Origin: Antedon mediterranea
Taxonomy: Eukaryota; Animalia; Echinodermata
DNA: 64,000 bases
NCBI RefSeq assembly: GCF_964355755.1
Contig: NC_092673.1
Span: 4,836,001 to 4,900,000 of the forward strand
Direction: 5' to 3'
The notes below the pieces were generated by a model. That model did not search any database. It saw nothing but the letters and a program-made list of their open reading frames with translations, and was not told the origin of the DNA. Below are positions 52,901 through 64,000 of this stretch, one piece after another. Numbering within the stretch: the stretch's first letter is position 1; every line of letters begins with the position of its first letter. Made by a program: the position numbers and the translations under genes.

Positions 52901-55900
52901 TGCCGTTTATAACGTATTTATAGCCCTATATATCATCCTGTTATATTGAATTTTTATTTAAAAAAACGTTAAATTGTAGTAACGTTTTAAAATGGCGTAA
53001 AATGACAGCTAGACGGCATGGACCGAGGCAAGTGGTATTTTTCTGAAACGACATGACCCTACTAGCCCCAACCCATGTATCGTCATCCCGGTCCATGCCG
53101 TTTATAACGTAATTATAGCCCTATAAATCATACGGTTATATTGCATTTTTTTATAAAAAAAACTTAAATTGTGGTAACGTTTTAAAATGGTGTAAAATGG
53201 CAGCTAGACGGCATGGACCGGGGCAAGTGGTATTTTTCTGAAATGACTAGATCCTACTCGCCCCAATCCATGTATCGTCATCCCGGTCCATGCCGTTTAT
53301 CACGTCATTATAGCCCTATAAATCATCCGGTTATATTGCATTTTTTATTTTAAAAAACGTTAAATTGTAGTAAGGTTTTAAAATGGCGTAAAATGACAGG
53401 TAGACGGCATGGACCGGGGCAAGTGGTTTTTTTCTGAAACGACTGGACCCTACTAGCCCGAACCCATGTATCGTCATCCCGGTCCATGCCGTTTATAACG
53501 AAGTTATAGCCCTATAAATCATAGCCCTAGTTAATCTAAGCCGTAAGTATAAAATCATTTAATTAAAATATTACACATATTGCGCCCCATACATGTGAAT
53601 GTGAATGTCGAATAAGGATCCAACTTCACAAAAAAAATTGAATATCGAATAAGGAATAAGTAACCAACTTCACGCCGGTATTTTATATATGCACTGTACA
53701 TCCATGTTACACCTAACCTTAATTAAAGATAATTAAATCTCAGGTACTGTACAGATGTAGGATCGATCCCAAAAGTATTTTCACCTGGCAATTAATTTAA
53801 AATGTTGAATTTTCTGAAACCTTTCTATTGAAAATGAAAAATTATATCTTCATAGCTAGGCCTAGTAGTTTTTTATAATTATATTTTTTATGAAATTTAT
53901 TTTTGTGCTTTACATGTATTGTATTGTCAAGGGCCCCAATTATCAGCTTAGCTGGATGGGCTACCCTAATAAAACATGGTTCAATAAGATAAAAATTAAT
54001 AATAATTAATTGTTTTGCTTGTTTACAGGTGTCACAGCTAATCATTTTAAACGAAAGTGCAAAAGACACCCCAGGAAGTCTACCAAATCTAAGTTCTCAT
54101 GCTCAGTCCGTCCGCAAAGCCACAGAGGAGTTGGTGCTTGTGGGTCAAAGACTTGCTAAAGACTCAAAAGATGAAGTAAGTAGGCCTACCTGTACCAGTA
54201 TGCTTTTGTCATTTTACTTTCTTGAAAAATCCATTAGACACACGGTGACTGGTTGATAGCAGTGGGAAATAATTAAATCATATGATAACCTATATACCAA
54301 ATATTGATAATCCTCGCCAACCATCCTAACAATGATATATTCAAGATTTAACATAATTCCATTTCTTCTTTCAGGAGCTAAGAAAATCGATGCCAAAAGC
54401 TTGTGAGATGATAGATACTGCAGGAAATAGCATGATGCTGGCATCACAGATCCTGCAGACACAGCCTGAGAATAGTGGGGCAAGAGAGAACTTGGTGAAG
54501 GCTGCAAGAGATGTCCTGGAAGGTACAATGAAGGTGTGTATCATAAGAATAATCGCAGGCAAATTAAATAAAATGCAAAAGATTCAGATTCAGCACATTT
54601 TTAGGCCCATATTCTTAAGCTCTGTCTACACTATCAAACTAGTTTATGTGCCCAAATATGGCAGTGATATACATTAAAATAATATGATAGTGATATATAA
54701 AAATAAATAAATAAATAAATAATATGATAGTGATTTGACATTATCATGTCTATATAGGGGCACATCACATTTTTTTGTCACATAAAGTTTGATAGTGTAG
54801 ACAGAGCTTTAGTCAACTCTCAGAAAACCAAATACACCTTTGGCCGATCCAAACTGATATCTGCAGATTACATTGTGCATTTCAGAAGATTTGTGTGTTC
54901 TAGTGTTTTTGTTTTCGATGGAATTGATATTATTTCAATAATATATTGATTAATTTTACAATATCAGACTTTTAGTACAAGGTAATAATTTTGTTCAAAA
55001 ACTTTTTTTTAATTTATATTTTTTAGGTCATGCTGATTACAGATGATACAGAAGTGCGCAAAATAGTTCGTGCAGCACACTGGACAATTGATAGACTGAC
55101 CCTTCTCAAGTCTGTTGAGACTATGAAGACTTTAGTAGAAAGCTTTAAGGTAAAGACAAGTCGCTTGGATTATTCAAAACAAAAGAACCCCTCTCCCACC
55201 TTTTTTAAAATTTATTCATTCAAAAATATCGTAATCACAGCACAAGGCTGAACACTAACAATATTAACAATAATTTAAAAATACAGATATAAAATATCAA
55301 AAATATAATACACAATTAAAAAATGGTAAATGACAAAAAAAAATCATATGCTGAGTCAAAGAACTTTGTTTGGCTTTTAGGGTTTTACAGAAGCAATAAT
55401 GCTATTATCAAGTCTTTGTGATAAACGTCAACAAGATCTCACACAGCAGCAGCCTAAACAACGATTGCTGGTTGCTATGTCAACGCTCAAGAAGGCGACA
55501 CCCATGCTCAGCAGTATCATGCAGTCATTTGTGAAGTATCCAAAGAGTTCACAAGCCAAGGTTAGTGGTGTTTAAGTGTTGTATTGAGTTTTAGTAGTTG
55601 ACATTGTTTAATCAAGAAGAGTATAAATACAAGTTACTGTACCTAACTTTACACTACCTTTTGTTTTACCAATTGATTGTAAAATCATATTATGATACTT
55701 GGTATGATCAACTAGTATTCATGTTCCCAATGAATCATCCATTCATAAAAGTACTGATGAATAAGTCAATCAGTGGCGATTACAGAATGGACCAGAGACC
55801 TGACTTTCGTCGACTTTCAAATGATAGAAAATTTTGAATTTTTTGTTAGGATAGAAATATACAATGACTGTATGGAGAAATGTATGGTGCAAAGTATAGT

Positions 55901-58900
55901 CAGGATACCATACAATTATAATATATATTTATAAATGTTTTTCATGTACAGTACATAATTAAAATATAGTAACTTGATTTAGAGCAGTATTAACGTTTCC
56001 TAGCCTATAGTAACTGCATTTATGGAAAAGGTATTCAATCTGTATTTATAAAATTGTGTTTTAATAGGCTAGCCGTGATTATATTTTAAAACACATCATG
56101 GTTGCAGTGACAGAAATTATTAATGTTGTGGAGAAAGCAGGAAGTATGAAACCAGAGAGAAACGAAGAACCAGGTCATTTTGCCATTAAAATTGATAAGG
56201 TTAGTTTAATTATTATTATACGGCAACGGTTATAAGCTTGTTTTTGTTATTAGTGAGACTGCAATAATCTTTTAGTACAGCTGTAGCTCAATATAGCTTT
56301 TTTTTCACTCCATTTTGAACTTTTTAAAACTTTTAAAAAACATTTGTATATCTTTAGATATATTACAGTAGACTGTTTATTTATCTCTTTTATTTGACCT
56401 GACTTGAACCCAGGAACCTTAGTTAAAAGGCACCAAACAAAATCACCAAACAGTGCCACTTTTTCTTTCAATGGTTTTATTACTAAAATAATGTACTAAA
56501 TCTTTCTTTTCACTGTAGGCCATGAAGGAGTTGTCACCAGAGCATCGATATAACCTGAGTGTAGATTTTGATTGCCTGCTTGAATCTATAGTTAGACACA
56601 GTATGGCAGTAGCCTCAGCAGTGCCACAAGAACATCTTAGAGAGGGCATAGTTAAATCTTGCAAAGAGGTAAAAAGCATACACCAAATTTGCATTATGAG
56701 GCGTTGGGTATATTAATTGATATAGTTAGACCATGTGAAATAGCATTTACAACATAAGTTGGCCATGAGATGATATGATACAATAAGTGTTTGCGCTTTA
56801 AAATCTGGGGTTGGAAGATGACCAGTTTTGAGAGCAAAATAATTAATTCCCCTAGCCTTATGAAAAAAATTATTTTTATTTTTGATATACCGCATGGTAT
56901 TTATTGTTCCATCACCTTTAATAAAGATTCTCCATAAACTCAATACTTTAATGGACAAATCTATCAAATATAAAATATCATCATCATCTTAAACGCTAAT
57001 CGTCGTTAGACATTGCGTGTCTCACTTGTGTTCGCCACTCTGTACGTTTTGAGCATGTGTATAGGTCCGCATGTGAAAAGTTCTGTTTCCTTTTTGATGT
57101 TTGCCATTCATGTTGTTTTCGGTCTTCCTTTTAATCTTTCGCTGAGCCTCTTTAAACATAAAATGTAACCATGACATTTTTTGTATTTTCAGATTCTGAG
57201 GCAGCGTACTATAATCCAGGAAGAATGTATCAACGTACAAGACAACCCAGGCTTCAAGCAGTTAAAGGCGGACTATGACCAAAATTGTGAAGCATTTGCC
57301 AGAGACTTCTTGATCCTTGAGAAACACATTAAGAGCGCTTTGATTTGTCAAGTTGTAGATACCTTCATTGAAACTGTTGAACCTTTGGAGAGACTTATTA
57401 AAGCAGCAACGGTTCCACTAAAGGTGTGATATTGCAATTGTAAATTCATTCATCAAATAAAATACTTGTTTCTTAGCCATATTTTACTTTAATATATTAT
57501 TCCCATCACTATCAGATTCCTAAACTTCATTCCTAGCCTGGATTGCAATGAAGGTCTATATTGGTATTATGACTAATGGTCTAAACCAGACAATAAGATA
57601 ACTATATTACATTACTTAATGTAATAAAAATGCATTAGTTCTGTGGTATATTAAATAAAAGATACATTTGATTTTCTTTCAGGAAAAAGGACAGTTAGAT
57701 GAGAAAATTTGTCTTGAGATCTTGGAGCCATTGGAAACTGCATTCCTTGGACACCTGGACAGAGTATGTCAGACTGGGTCATTTATGGCTGCCAGTTGCA
57801 TTGACCATAAAAGTAAGTTATCAATATTATCACTAATACAGAAGTAAAAGGAATGGTTTGAGTTGTTTTGAAATATCTTTAAAAAAAATCTTTTTTTAAT
57901 AGGAGTTGAGCTAATTCAGGCAGCAGTGAACACCATGGAACAGATTGACCCAGAAATACTCCCAGCATGCATTGCTGTAAGACAAGACGTGTTGGATAAA
58001 AGAGCTATTCAGCATATTAAGTTGATACATCGTGAGTGGAAGAATGAAGTGTCCCAGTTGGTTGATTGTATTGATGAACTTATTGACCGAAACAGATTTC
58101 TAGAAGTTACCGGTAAGTGAAAGCAGTCTAATACACCTTTAATGTTGGAAGACATAGTTGGTTAACCTCTGTGGGCCAAAATATCTCTGAAGCAGAATCC
58201 AGGAACTATGCCAAGGCCTGAAATAAAAAAAGGTCTCTAGAATTGACGATTTTTTAAATATGTTAATTTTTATTTATTCAATTTTCTGCTATATACAATA
58301 CAAAGAAGACAAAACAAATATAAAAGGCAAGGAAAAACCAAACAGGTGCTAAACACCTATGCTAGTTGGTCAACCCAGAACACAGCACAGAAACAAAACA
58401 AAAATTACAATCTACAGTGAGACAGTGGAACCGTAATCACGTAGGCATAACATCGGCAGGGGTTCGAGGCTCACTCACTCCATGGTTCTGGTGGTAGAAC
58501 GAGTCTTCTCGGATAAGGACTATAAACCGTAGGTCCAGTGTACACAACTTGCTCGTGTGTAATTTTTAAGAACCTAGTACATCTTTCGAGACGAGTAGGG
58601 GGTTACCTCGGTGTACTAGTACACACAGCCACTGATCACCAACTGGGCCCTCTGGGAGATCAGTCTTTGACTGAAGAGGTCACCCAGTATAAAGATAAAA
58701 CAAACAAACAAAAACAAACAGGAAAGCGACCAACTGCACACATTTTCAACATAAAAATTATTTTTTAAATAAGTATTCAGAGAATTTAATAAAATAGTAT
58801 TACTACTACCTATTAAGCATTTATATTACTGTTTTTATTTACATATTTAGAAGCATATGTCAAAGGGGATATAACTCAATGCCGTGAAGCATCAACCATA

Positions 58901-61900
58901 GCAGACCTTGAACTTCTTTCTGAAGCTGCCAACTGCATGCTGGGAAGGGCCAAACGTGTGATACAAGTTGCAATGAAGGAAGTGGACAGCAGTAAAGACC
59001 CAGTCTACAGAAATGGTGTTTTAGTTTTTGTAAACCAGCTGCAGAAAGGTATTGTTTAGCTGTTCAATTTCTTTGACTTAATCTTCCATCATTCATTCAT
59101 GACTACTTAGAATATTAGCCTCTTGGAGACCTTTAAAAAAACAAGCTAGGCCAAGTTGGGCTAACTGCACATAGGTGGCCAATAATCAACTTTACTAATA
59201 AAACAACACTTGATGTGTCTATTGTCTTTATCCTCGGATTAGACATGATCGCCATAAGCCGATGAATATTTTTTCTAAAGAGAGCCAAAGAGCTGGTTGA
59301 AGAACTGTATTGTTTTTATGACAATGTTTTTGTATATTGTTTGAAGGTTTGCATGGCGAAATCAAATATTGATATAAAGTTTGCAGTACACCACGTGTAT
59401 TAGTTCTGAAAAGAACTGTTGAGTTTCTCGACGTTTCGATCAATATACTTTGATCGTAGTATAATATTTTTAAAATTATATTTATGCTTTGAATATATTT
59501 TCTAGTAATTCCAGTTGTGAAGGATGCAGCTAACAATGCACTAGAACACATAAACCAGGAGTCGGCGCATACAAAGCTAGCAGAGAAGGCCAATGAACTG
59601 TTAGAGTGCATTGAAGATGTACATGAAGGCTTAGACCCTAGGTCACATCCAAACATACTGAGCCCTCTCAGGAGTAATGTGAGGGACGATAGACATTCAA
59701 GACTGGAGGGTATGTTACACCACATTATGTGTTTCTGAAGATCTATCTATATTATCAAACTTTATGTGAAAAAAAATGTAATGTGCCCATATATGGACAT
59801 GATGATGTCATCACTACTATATTTGGACATCACTACCATATTTGGGCACATCACACTTTTTTTGTCAAACTAGTTTGATATTGTAGACAGAACTTTAGTT
59901 GGTCAAACCAAATTATGTTTTGATTTTACGATCAACCAGAACATTGCAATCACACAAAGGTTCTGAAATATGATATCTTCTATTTGATTTTGTAATATAC
60001 ATGATTTAATTTAGGTTCACTTGTTGTACCAGCATCACGAAGACCAATCCAACACAATGAGAGTTACCTGAGCAATCCTCTTCCAAAATGTTCTGGAATC
60101 GTTGATGTCCAACCTTCTACAATTGATTTTGATTCTTCTGCTGTAGCAAACAGCATCTCTGGTATTATGCAAGACATGAGCTTGATGAACCGTACCGCTA
60201 AGACAAAGGCAGAGGCATCATATGCATGTAAGTCTACCCTGAAGGACTTGCCACAGAACCATGTTTTGTTGTAAAATAAATAAACTATATCAATTTCTTT
60301 CAAGATTTTAACTAATGTGGGACCAACATTTTATTTATTAGTAATGCCCAAAAACCTTCGCCATCCGATGGTTCGTCTTATGAAGGCAGTGTATAAGATG
60401 GACAGTGTTGAAGTGGATGCATGTAACAACATTGTGTTAGAACAAACCAGGTTAATAACAGACTTAGCATTGAGACTTGCTGACTCACTTAATGATACAG
60501 AAATCAAAAGGTAAGCAATATATAGTGTGAAGGAAGGTATAACGCAAGTTTGTATTTAAGTATATGTTCCTTATGATGCAATTGTGATTGTATAGTGGAT
60601 AAACAGACTCAAAATCATTGGAGTAGAAGACGTATAAACTTACCAAAAAATCTAGTATTTATTTGAGACTTTTTTTTAAGCTCTGTCTACACTATCAAAT
60701 TTATGTGAAAAAAAATGTGATGTGCCCATATACTGTATTCACATGATGATTTCATATCACTACCATATTTGGGTAAATCCAACCATATTTGGGCACATTA
60801 CATTTTTTGGTCAAACTAGATGGAGCATTAACGACCATCTTATCAATCCCCTCTCCAACACACGAACATGCTTTCTCTAGTATCAACACCCTCTATAGGA
60901 GAGTGACTATTGAAAAGGTTACAGTACAATATGGTATATAAACTGCAGTATATGGGGTGCTGAAAGTTCCACCATCTGCAGTCAGTGTCATGATTGAATG
61001 TATTTGAGGGCCCTTTCTGCATTAACATGTTGCAAACATGACTGATGTTATAGATCATGCCTTCATAGTTTTCTTTCTGTTATGTAAATGGGGGAAGAGG
61101 TGTGGACGACACATAACACAACTTTCTACTCCTCTAAGGGTCCCTTTTGTCGAGTGCTTCCACCAAAATGGCGCCCGTTCATCTGCAACAGGGTTTCCGT
61201 GTATGGTTGGTTGGTAGTAACAGATTTTTAATAGTGCAAACCTGTTAATTGTTTATTCATTTTTCTTCAGACATATGAAGGCACAAGCTGAGAATTTGTT
61301 AGACTTTGTACCACAAGTAATGGGAACTGCTAAAGCATCTCTTTTAAAAGAGGACAGATTCAAAGCAGAGGCTCATTTGATGGTTGAAGATTGGACAGAT
61401 AAGATGAATAGTCTCATAAAATGCATCAGTGATGCCACTAATGTGTGGTTTAGTGTTGTTAACAAGTCGTTGAAGTTTGCCAAGGCCGGTGATAACAAGA
61501 ATTTGAACCATCAGGTGAGTAAAATCATATAATATATAAAATCTCTACAGATCACACAGTGTAAAAATAATACCTGTATTTGTATAAAAAAAGTATTGCT
61601 TAATTTGGACTTATAATTCTGAATCTAATGCAGTTTACATATACAGTACAAGAAATTTTAATAAATTCAGATAGATATCACCATTAGTATCTTGATGTTT
61701 TTTCATTTTTGTAAGACAATGTCTTGGCAAGAGTCCATATTATCATATATATATTATTACATCGTTTAAATTATTTTATGTAAATAATTTCAAGCATACA
61801 GTTACTAATGCTAATGCTGTATTTGTTTATATTCATAGTTGGAACAACTAGACATCCACATGCAGATTCTCCGTCAAACGGTGACATCAACTATAGAATC

Positions 61901-63654
61901 ATGTCGTGTCCTAGACCAGACACGCACTAGTCGATCAACATACAGCACACAGATACAAATAATCCAGACACTAGCAACACAGTTGACTAGGCTTGCCAAA
62001 TCGCTTTCTACTGCTGCAAATGAAGTAGCAATAGCTGAAGGTAATTAATGTTGCTTCTTTAAAGCCCTGTCTACACAATAAAACTTTATGTGACAAAAAA
62101 ATGTGATGTTCCTATATATATATATAGACATGATATGTCATATCACTACCATATTTGGGCGCATCACACTTTTTTTGTGAACTAGTTTGATAGTGTAGAC
62201 AGGACTTTATTCGTGACGCTTATTGTATCCATAGAGATACTATTAAACTACTGGATAGTCAGGTGACAGTGAATGTGAAAAATTCAGGGACTGCTCAACA
62301 TTGCAGTGGTATCTGTTGAAATAAATAAGAAATAAATAATAAAATAACCACATATGTTGGAACATATATATTTACAGTACAGTTTTAATCAAATTATTTC
62401 TATAAATTCTGTTAATGACCAAAAAATCTATAATTTCTTGAGTCTTGAATTTTTGCATTCCAGAATTGTATAAGAATATATTTGCCTGTTAATATACTTT
62501 TTAAACATTGTGTACGAAAAAAAAACGTTTGCGCGCCACCTGTTGTCCTGCCTGTGTTTTTAAACACTACTGCGAGATATGCAACAGCAGCAGATTTTTG
62601 TGTACGATTTGGAGATATATATATGTACTAATTTCATTCAAAAAGGCATTTATTAATGCCAAATTAGCTTTAGATCGTTTTTAGGATTTTGATTAATTAA
62701 TGGGGACATCCCTACAAGACGTGGAATCGTTGGAAAAACAATAATTAGCCTAGATAAGTTCCAATTGTCTGTCGAAGTTTTGCCTTTCAGCCAAGCTAGT
62801 AGTACTACTACTAGGTCTAGCCCAGCTAGGCATGTTATTATTAGGCTAGGCGTAGCCTTGCTAGGCCTAAGATTGTTTGGGAGTTTGTTGACATAATTAA
62901 CACTAAAGTAGGAGTGTTTATAAAATCCATATAAATATAACATTTAATATAATATTAAAAACCAAATGTTACTGTTTTAATCAATGTCAATGAAATGTAC
63001 AGTAGGCCTCTTGTTGACTAGGGCTACCTTTTGTTTGATTCAAATGACAGGAATCTATTTAGATGTTATATAAAACAAATAATGAATGTTTTATATTCGT
63101 GTAATGGTACAAATAATGGCATTTGGTGAATGACGAAAGGTTATATCAACTCGGCGTTGCCTCGTTGATATAACCTTTCATCATTCACCTCATGCCAATA
63201 TCTGTACCATTACACTCATAAACATTCATTATTTATATATTAAAGCTCTGTCACTATGAAACTTTATATGACAAACAAATGTGTTGTGCCCATATATGGA
63301 CATATCACTACTATATTTGGGTATATCACTACTATATTTGGGCACATCACACTTATTTTGTCAAACTAGTTTGATAGTGTAGACAGTGTAACAGTGTAAC
63401 AGTATGTGTACATTCATTGTTAAAGGAGATGTGAGCCTAGAGAGCAAGTTAGAACTTTTAGTTCTTGAGTGGGCAGTAAAACATCATCAGCTTTTTCAAG
63501 TGATCTCTTCCATTGATAAGAAGTCAATGTTAATGACAGATAATTTGGAAGATGCCTTACAGACAGGCTCTCAGGAATTGATTGAGAAAGAGGCTGGGAA
63601 CATAAAAAAGGCATGTGGTAGATTGGTGGAGACAGCAACGACTGCTATCCTTGG
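40996..63654 (+). CDS. Vinculin/alpha-catenin family protein, long divergent paralog (3' end beyond the window)
   Basis: Exons 40996-41076, 54029-54175, 54375-54533, 55027-55149, 55381-55560, 56068-56199, 56519-56668, 57193-57423, 57683-57812, 57903-58112, 58851-59048, 59506-59709, 60015-60227, 60342-60510, 61271-61514, 61839-62040, 63426-63654 (3002 nt, about 1000 codons, phases consistent). QTRSIERVLAPIAAQVSQLII, LVKAARDVLEGTMKVMLITDDTEVRKIVR, DKRQQDLT, QVVDTFIETVEPLERLIKAA and EWKNEVSQLVDCIDE are vinculin/alpha-catenin/alpha-catulin head and M-domain motifs. Confidence 0.88.
41410..44888 (+). repeat. Satellite array, left arm: about 18 units of ~195 bp with a 7-unit (1364-bp) higher-order repeat
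   Basis: Unit ...TTATAAACGGCATGGACCGGGATGACGATACATGGGTTGGGG...CCCGGTCCATGCCGTCTAGC...; variant TTGGAGTGAGTAGGATCC recurs at 41521, 42885 and 44249; TTACCGGTAC at 42001 and 43365. Confidence 0.95.
44874..53520 (-). repeat. Satellite array, right arm: about 44 units of ~195 bp in the opposite orientation
   Basis: Reverse complement of the same unit; the near-identical 63-aa ORFs at 51546 and 51743 give a 197-bp spacing there. Confidence 0.95.
54618..54808. mobile_element. MITE family A, TTA TSD
   Basis: TTA|AGCTCTGTCTACACTATCAAACT ... AGTTTGATAGTGTAGACAGAGCT|TTA; internal (AAAT)n. Confidence 0.9.
58434..58720 (+). mobile_element. tRNA-derived SINE with a Deu/Nin-like conserved core
   Basis: B-box-like GGTTCGAGGC (~58461); core GGATAAGGACTATAAACCGTAGGTCC...TAAGAACCTAGTACATCTTTCGAGACGAGTAGGGGGTTACCTCGGTGT resembles the recalled Deu/Nin SINE domain; (AAAC)n tail; second copy at 30553-30665. 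Confidence 0.7.
59739..59894. mobile_element. MITE family A, diverged
   Basis: AGATCTATCTATATTATCAAACT ... AGTTTGATATTGTAGACAGAACT. Confidence 0.8.
60679..60820. mobile_element. MITE family A, right TIR lost
   Basis: TTA|AGCTCTGTCTACACTATCAAA followed by family-internal sequence to GTCAAACTAG. Confidence 0.8.
62063..62206. mobile_element. MITE family A
   Basis: AGCCCTGTCTACACAATAAAACT ... AGTTTGATAGTGTAGACAGGACT. Confidence 0.82.
63077..63234. mobile_element. ~158-bp hairpin (palindromic MITE)
   Basis: AAATAATGAATGTTT...GTGTAATGGTACA...GGTGAATGACGAAAGGTTATATCAAC / GTTGATATAACCTTTCATCATTCACC...TGTACCATTACAC...AAACATTCATTATTT, centre ~63156. Confidence 0.82.
63244..63386. mobile_element. MITE family A
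   Basis: AGCTCTGTCACTATGAAACT ... AGTTTGATAGTGTAGACAG. Confidence 0.8.
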
Positions 63655-63819
63655 GTAAAGAGAACTAGATTTTAATATTCAATCGGCAACGTTCTTGCCT
63701 TATCCTATCTTAGTTGAATAACAAGTACCTATGTATTTAGGAATATAGGTTATATTACCTAAGATTAAAAGAACAAACCTGAAAAATGAAGATTGATTAA
63801 ATCAGACTTTGGATAGGTT

Positions 63820-64000
63820 ATTTTGTAGTTTTAATAAAGTTAATCACTTTCATAGAAAAAACGAAAAAAAAAAAAATGTTTTTATTTATAAAATGACAAA
63901 ATAAATGGTTAAATTCAACCAAAAACCATTGGATTGCAGCCACTTTGACTATTTTTTGCTTTAAATTACTGATTTTTACGGTAAATTTTTGTTCAAATAG
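63820..64000. mobile_element. Internal part of an AGATGTATTGTCCC-family element, running off the window
   Basis: AAGTTAATCACTT...AAATAAATGGTTAAATTCAACCAAAAAC...TTTTGCTTTAAATTAC matches ~16205-16400. Confidence 0.65.

Larger units (their letters stand above)
41230..53679. mobile_element. 12.45-kb foldback-type TIR element filled with inverted satellite arrays
   Basis: Outer unique TIRs ~41230-41396 and ~53513-53679 (ACCGGCGTGAAGTTGGTTACTTATTCC...CTAGGGCTATGATTTATA; one mismatch seen). TSD ATTTTATAT at 41221-41229 and 53680-53688 (reads as 7, 9 or 11 bp depending on where the terminus is drawn). No transposase ORF. Confidence 0.93.

Noticed and set aside
41410-53520. CRISPR array
   Set aside because: Eukaryotic intron, no cas genes, and the sequence between the palindromic arms is itself repeated, so there are no unique spacers.
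41410-53520. Hammerhead-ribozyme satellite or tandem tRNA/5S/snRNA/SL gene cluster
   Set aside because: No CTGATGA...GAAA core on either strand (only GGGATGA and CTGAAATGA/CTGAATTGA), and no A/B boxes, cloverleaf or known RNA sequence recognised. An Rfam scan would be needed to exclude it fully.
41230-53679. Assembly artefact from inverted-duplicate reads
   Set aside because: The flanks are unique with an exact TSD, the host gene continues in phase on both sides, and the arms differ in length and variant order. The unit count could still be mis-assembled.
59228-59725. 165-aa minus-strand ORF and other short antisense or intronic ORFs
   Set aside because: Antisense shadows of real exons or chance AT-rich ORFs with no recognisable domains or splice support.

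Overview
AT-rich, intron-rich animal (invertebrate metazoan) genomic DNA, not prokaryotic. Four spliced protein-coding genes can be rebuilt by hand with GT-AG introns and consistent reading phase: (1) KIAA0232-like, minus strand, 409-12046, 3' end probably outside the window; (2) BIN3, an N-BAR protein, minus strand, 15626-18659, complete, 257 aa; (3) a TRPM-family cation channel, plus strand, 19597-35081, 22 exons, about 1457 aa, with no recognisable C-terminal enzyme domain, head-to-head with BIN3; (4) a long vinculin/alpha-catenin-family gene, plus strand, from 40996 past the window end. The most striking object is in intron 1 of the last gene: a 12.45-kb foldback-type element (41230-53679). 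It has nearly identical ~165-bp outer TIRs and a target-site duplication, and is filled entirely by about 62 copies of a ~195-bp hairpin-containing satellite. The array switches orientation exactly inside one unit's own inverted repeat (~44800-44888). Introns also hold many non-autonomous DNA transposons, including one inserted in the TA of a TRPM splice donor, a Deu/Nin-type SINE, and a strong excess of TACAGTA/TACTGTA heptamers resembling Tc1/mariner excision footprints. All family assignments come from recalled motifs; no database search was run.
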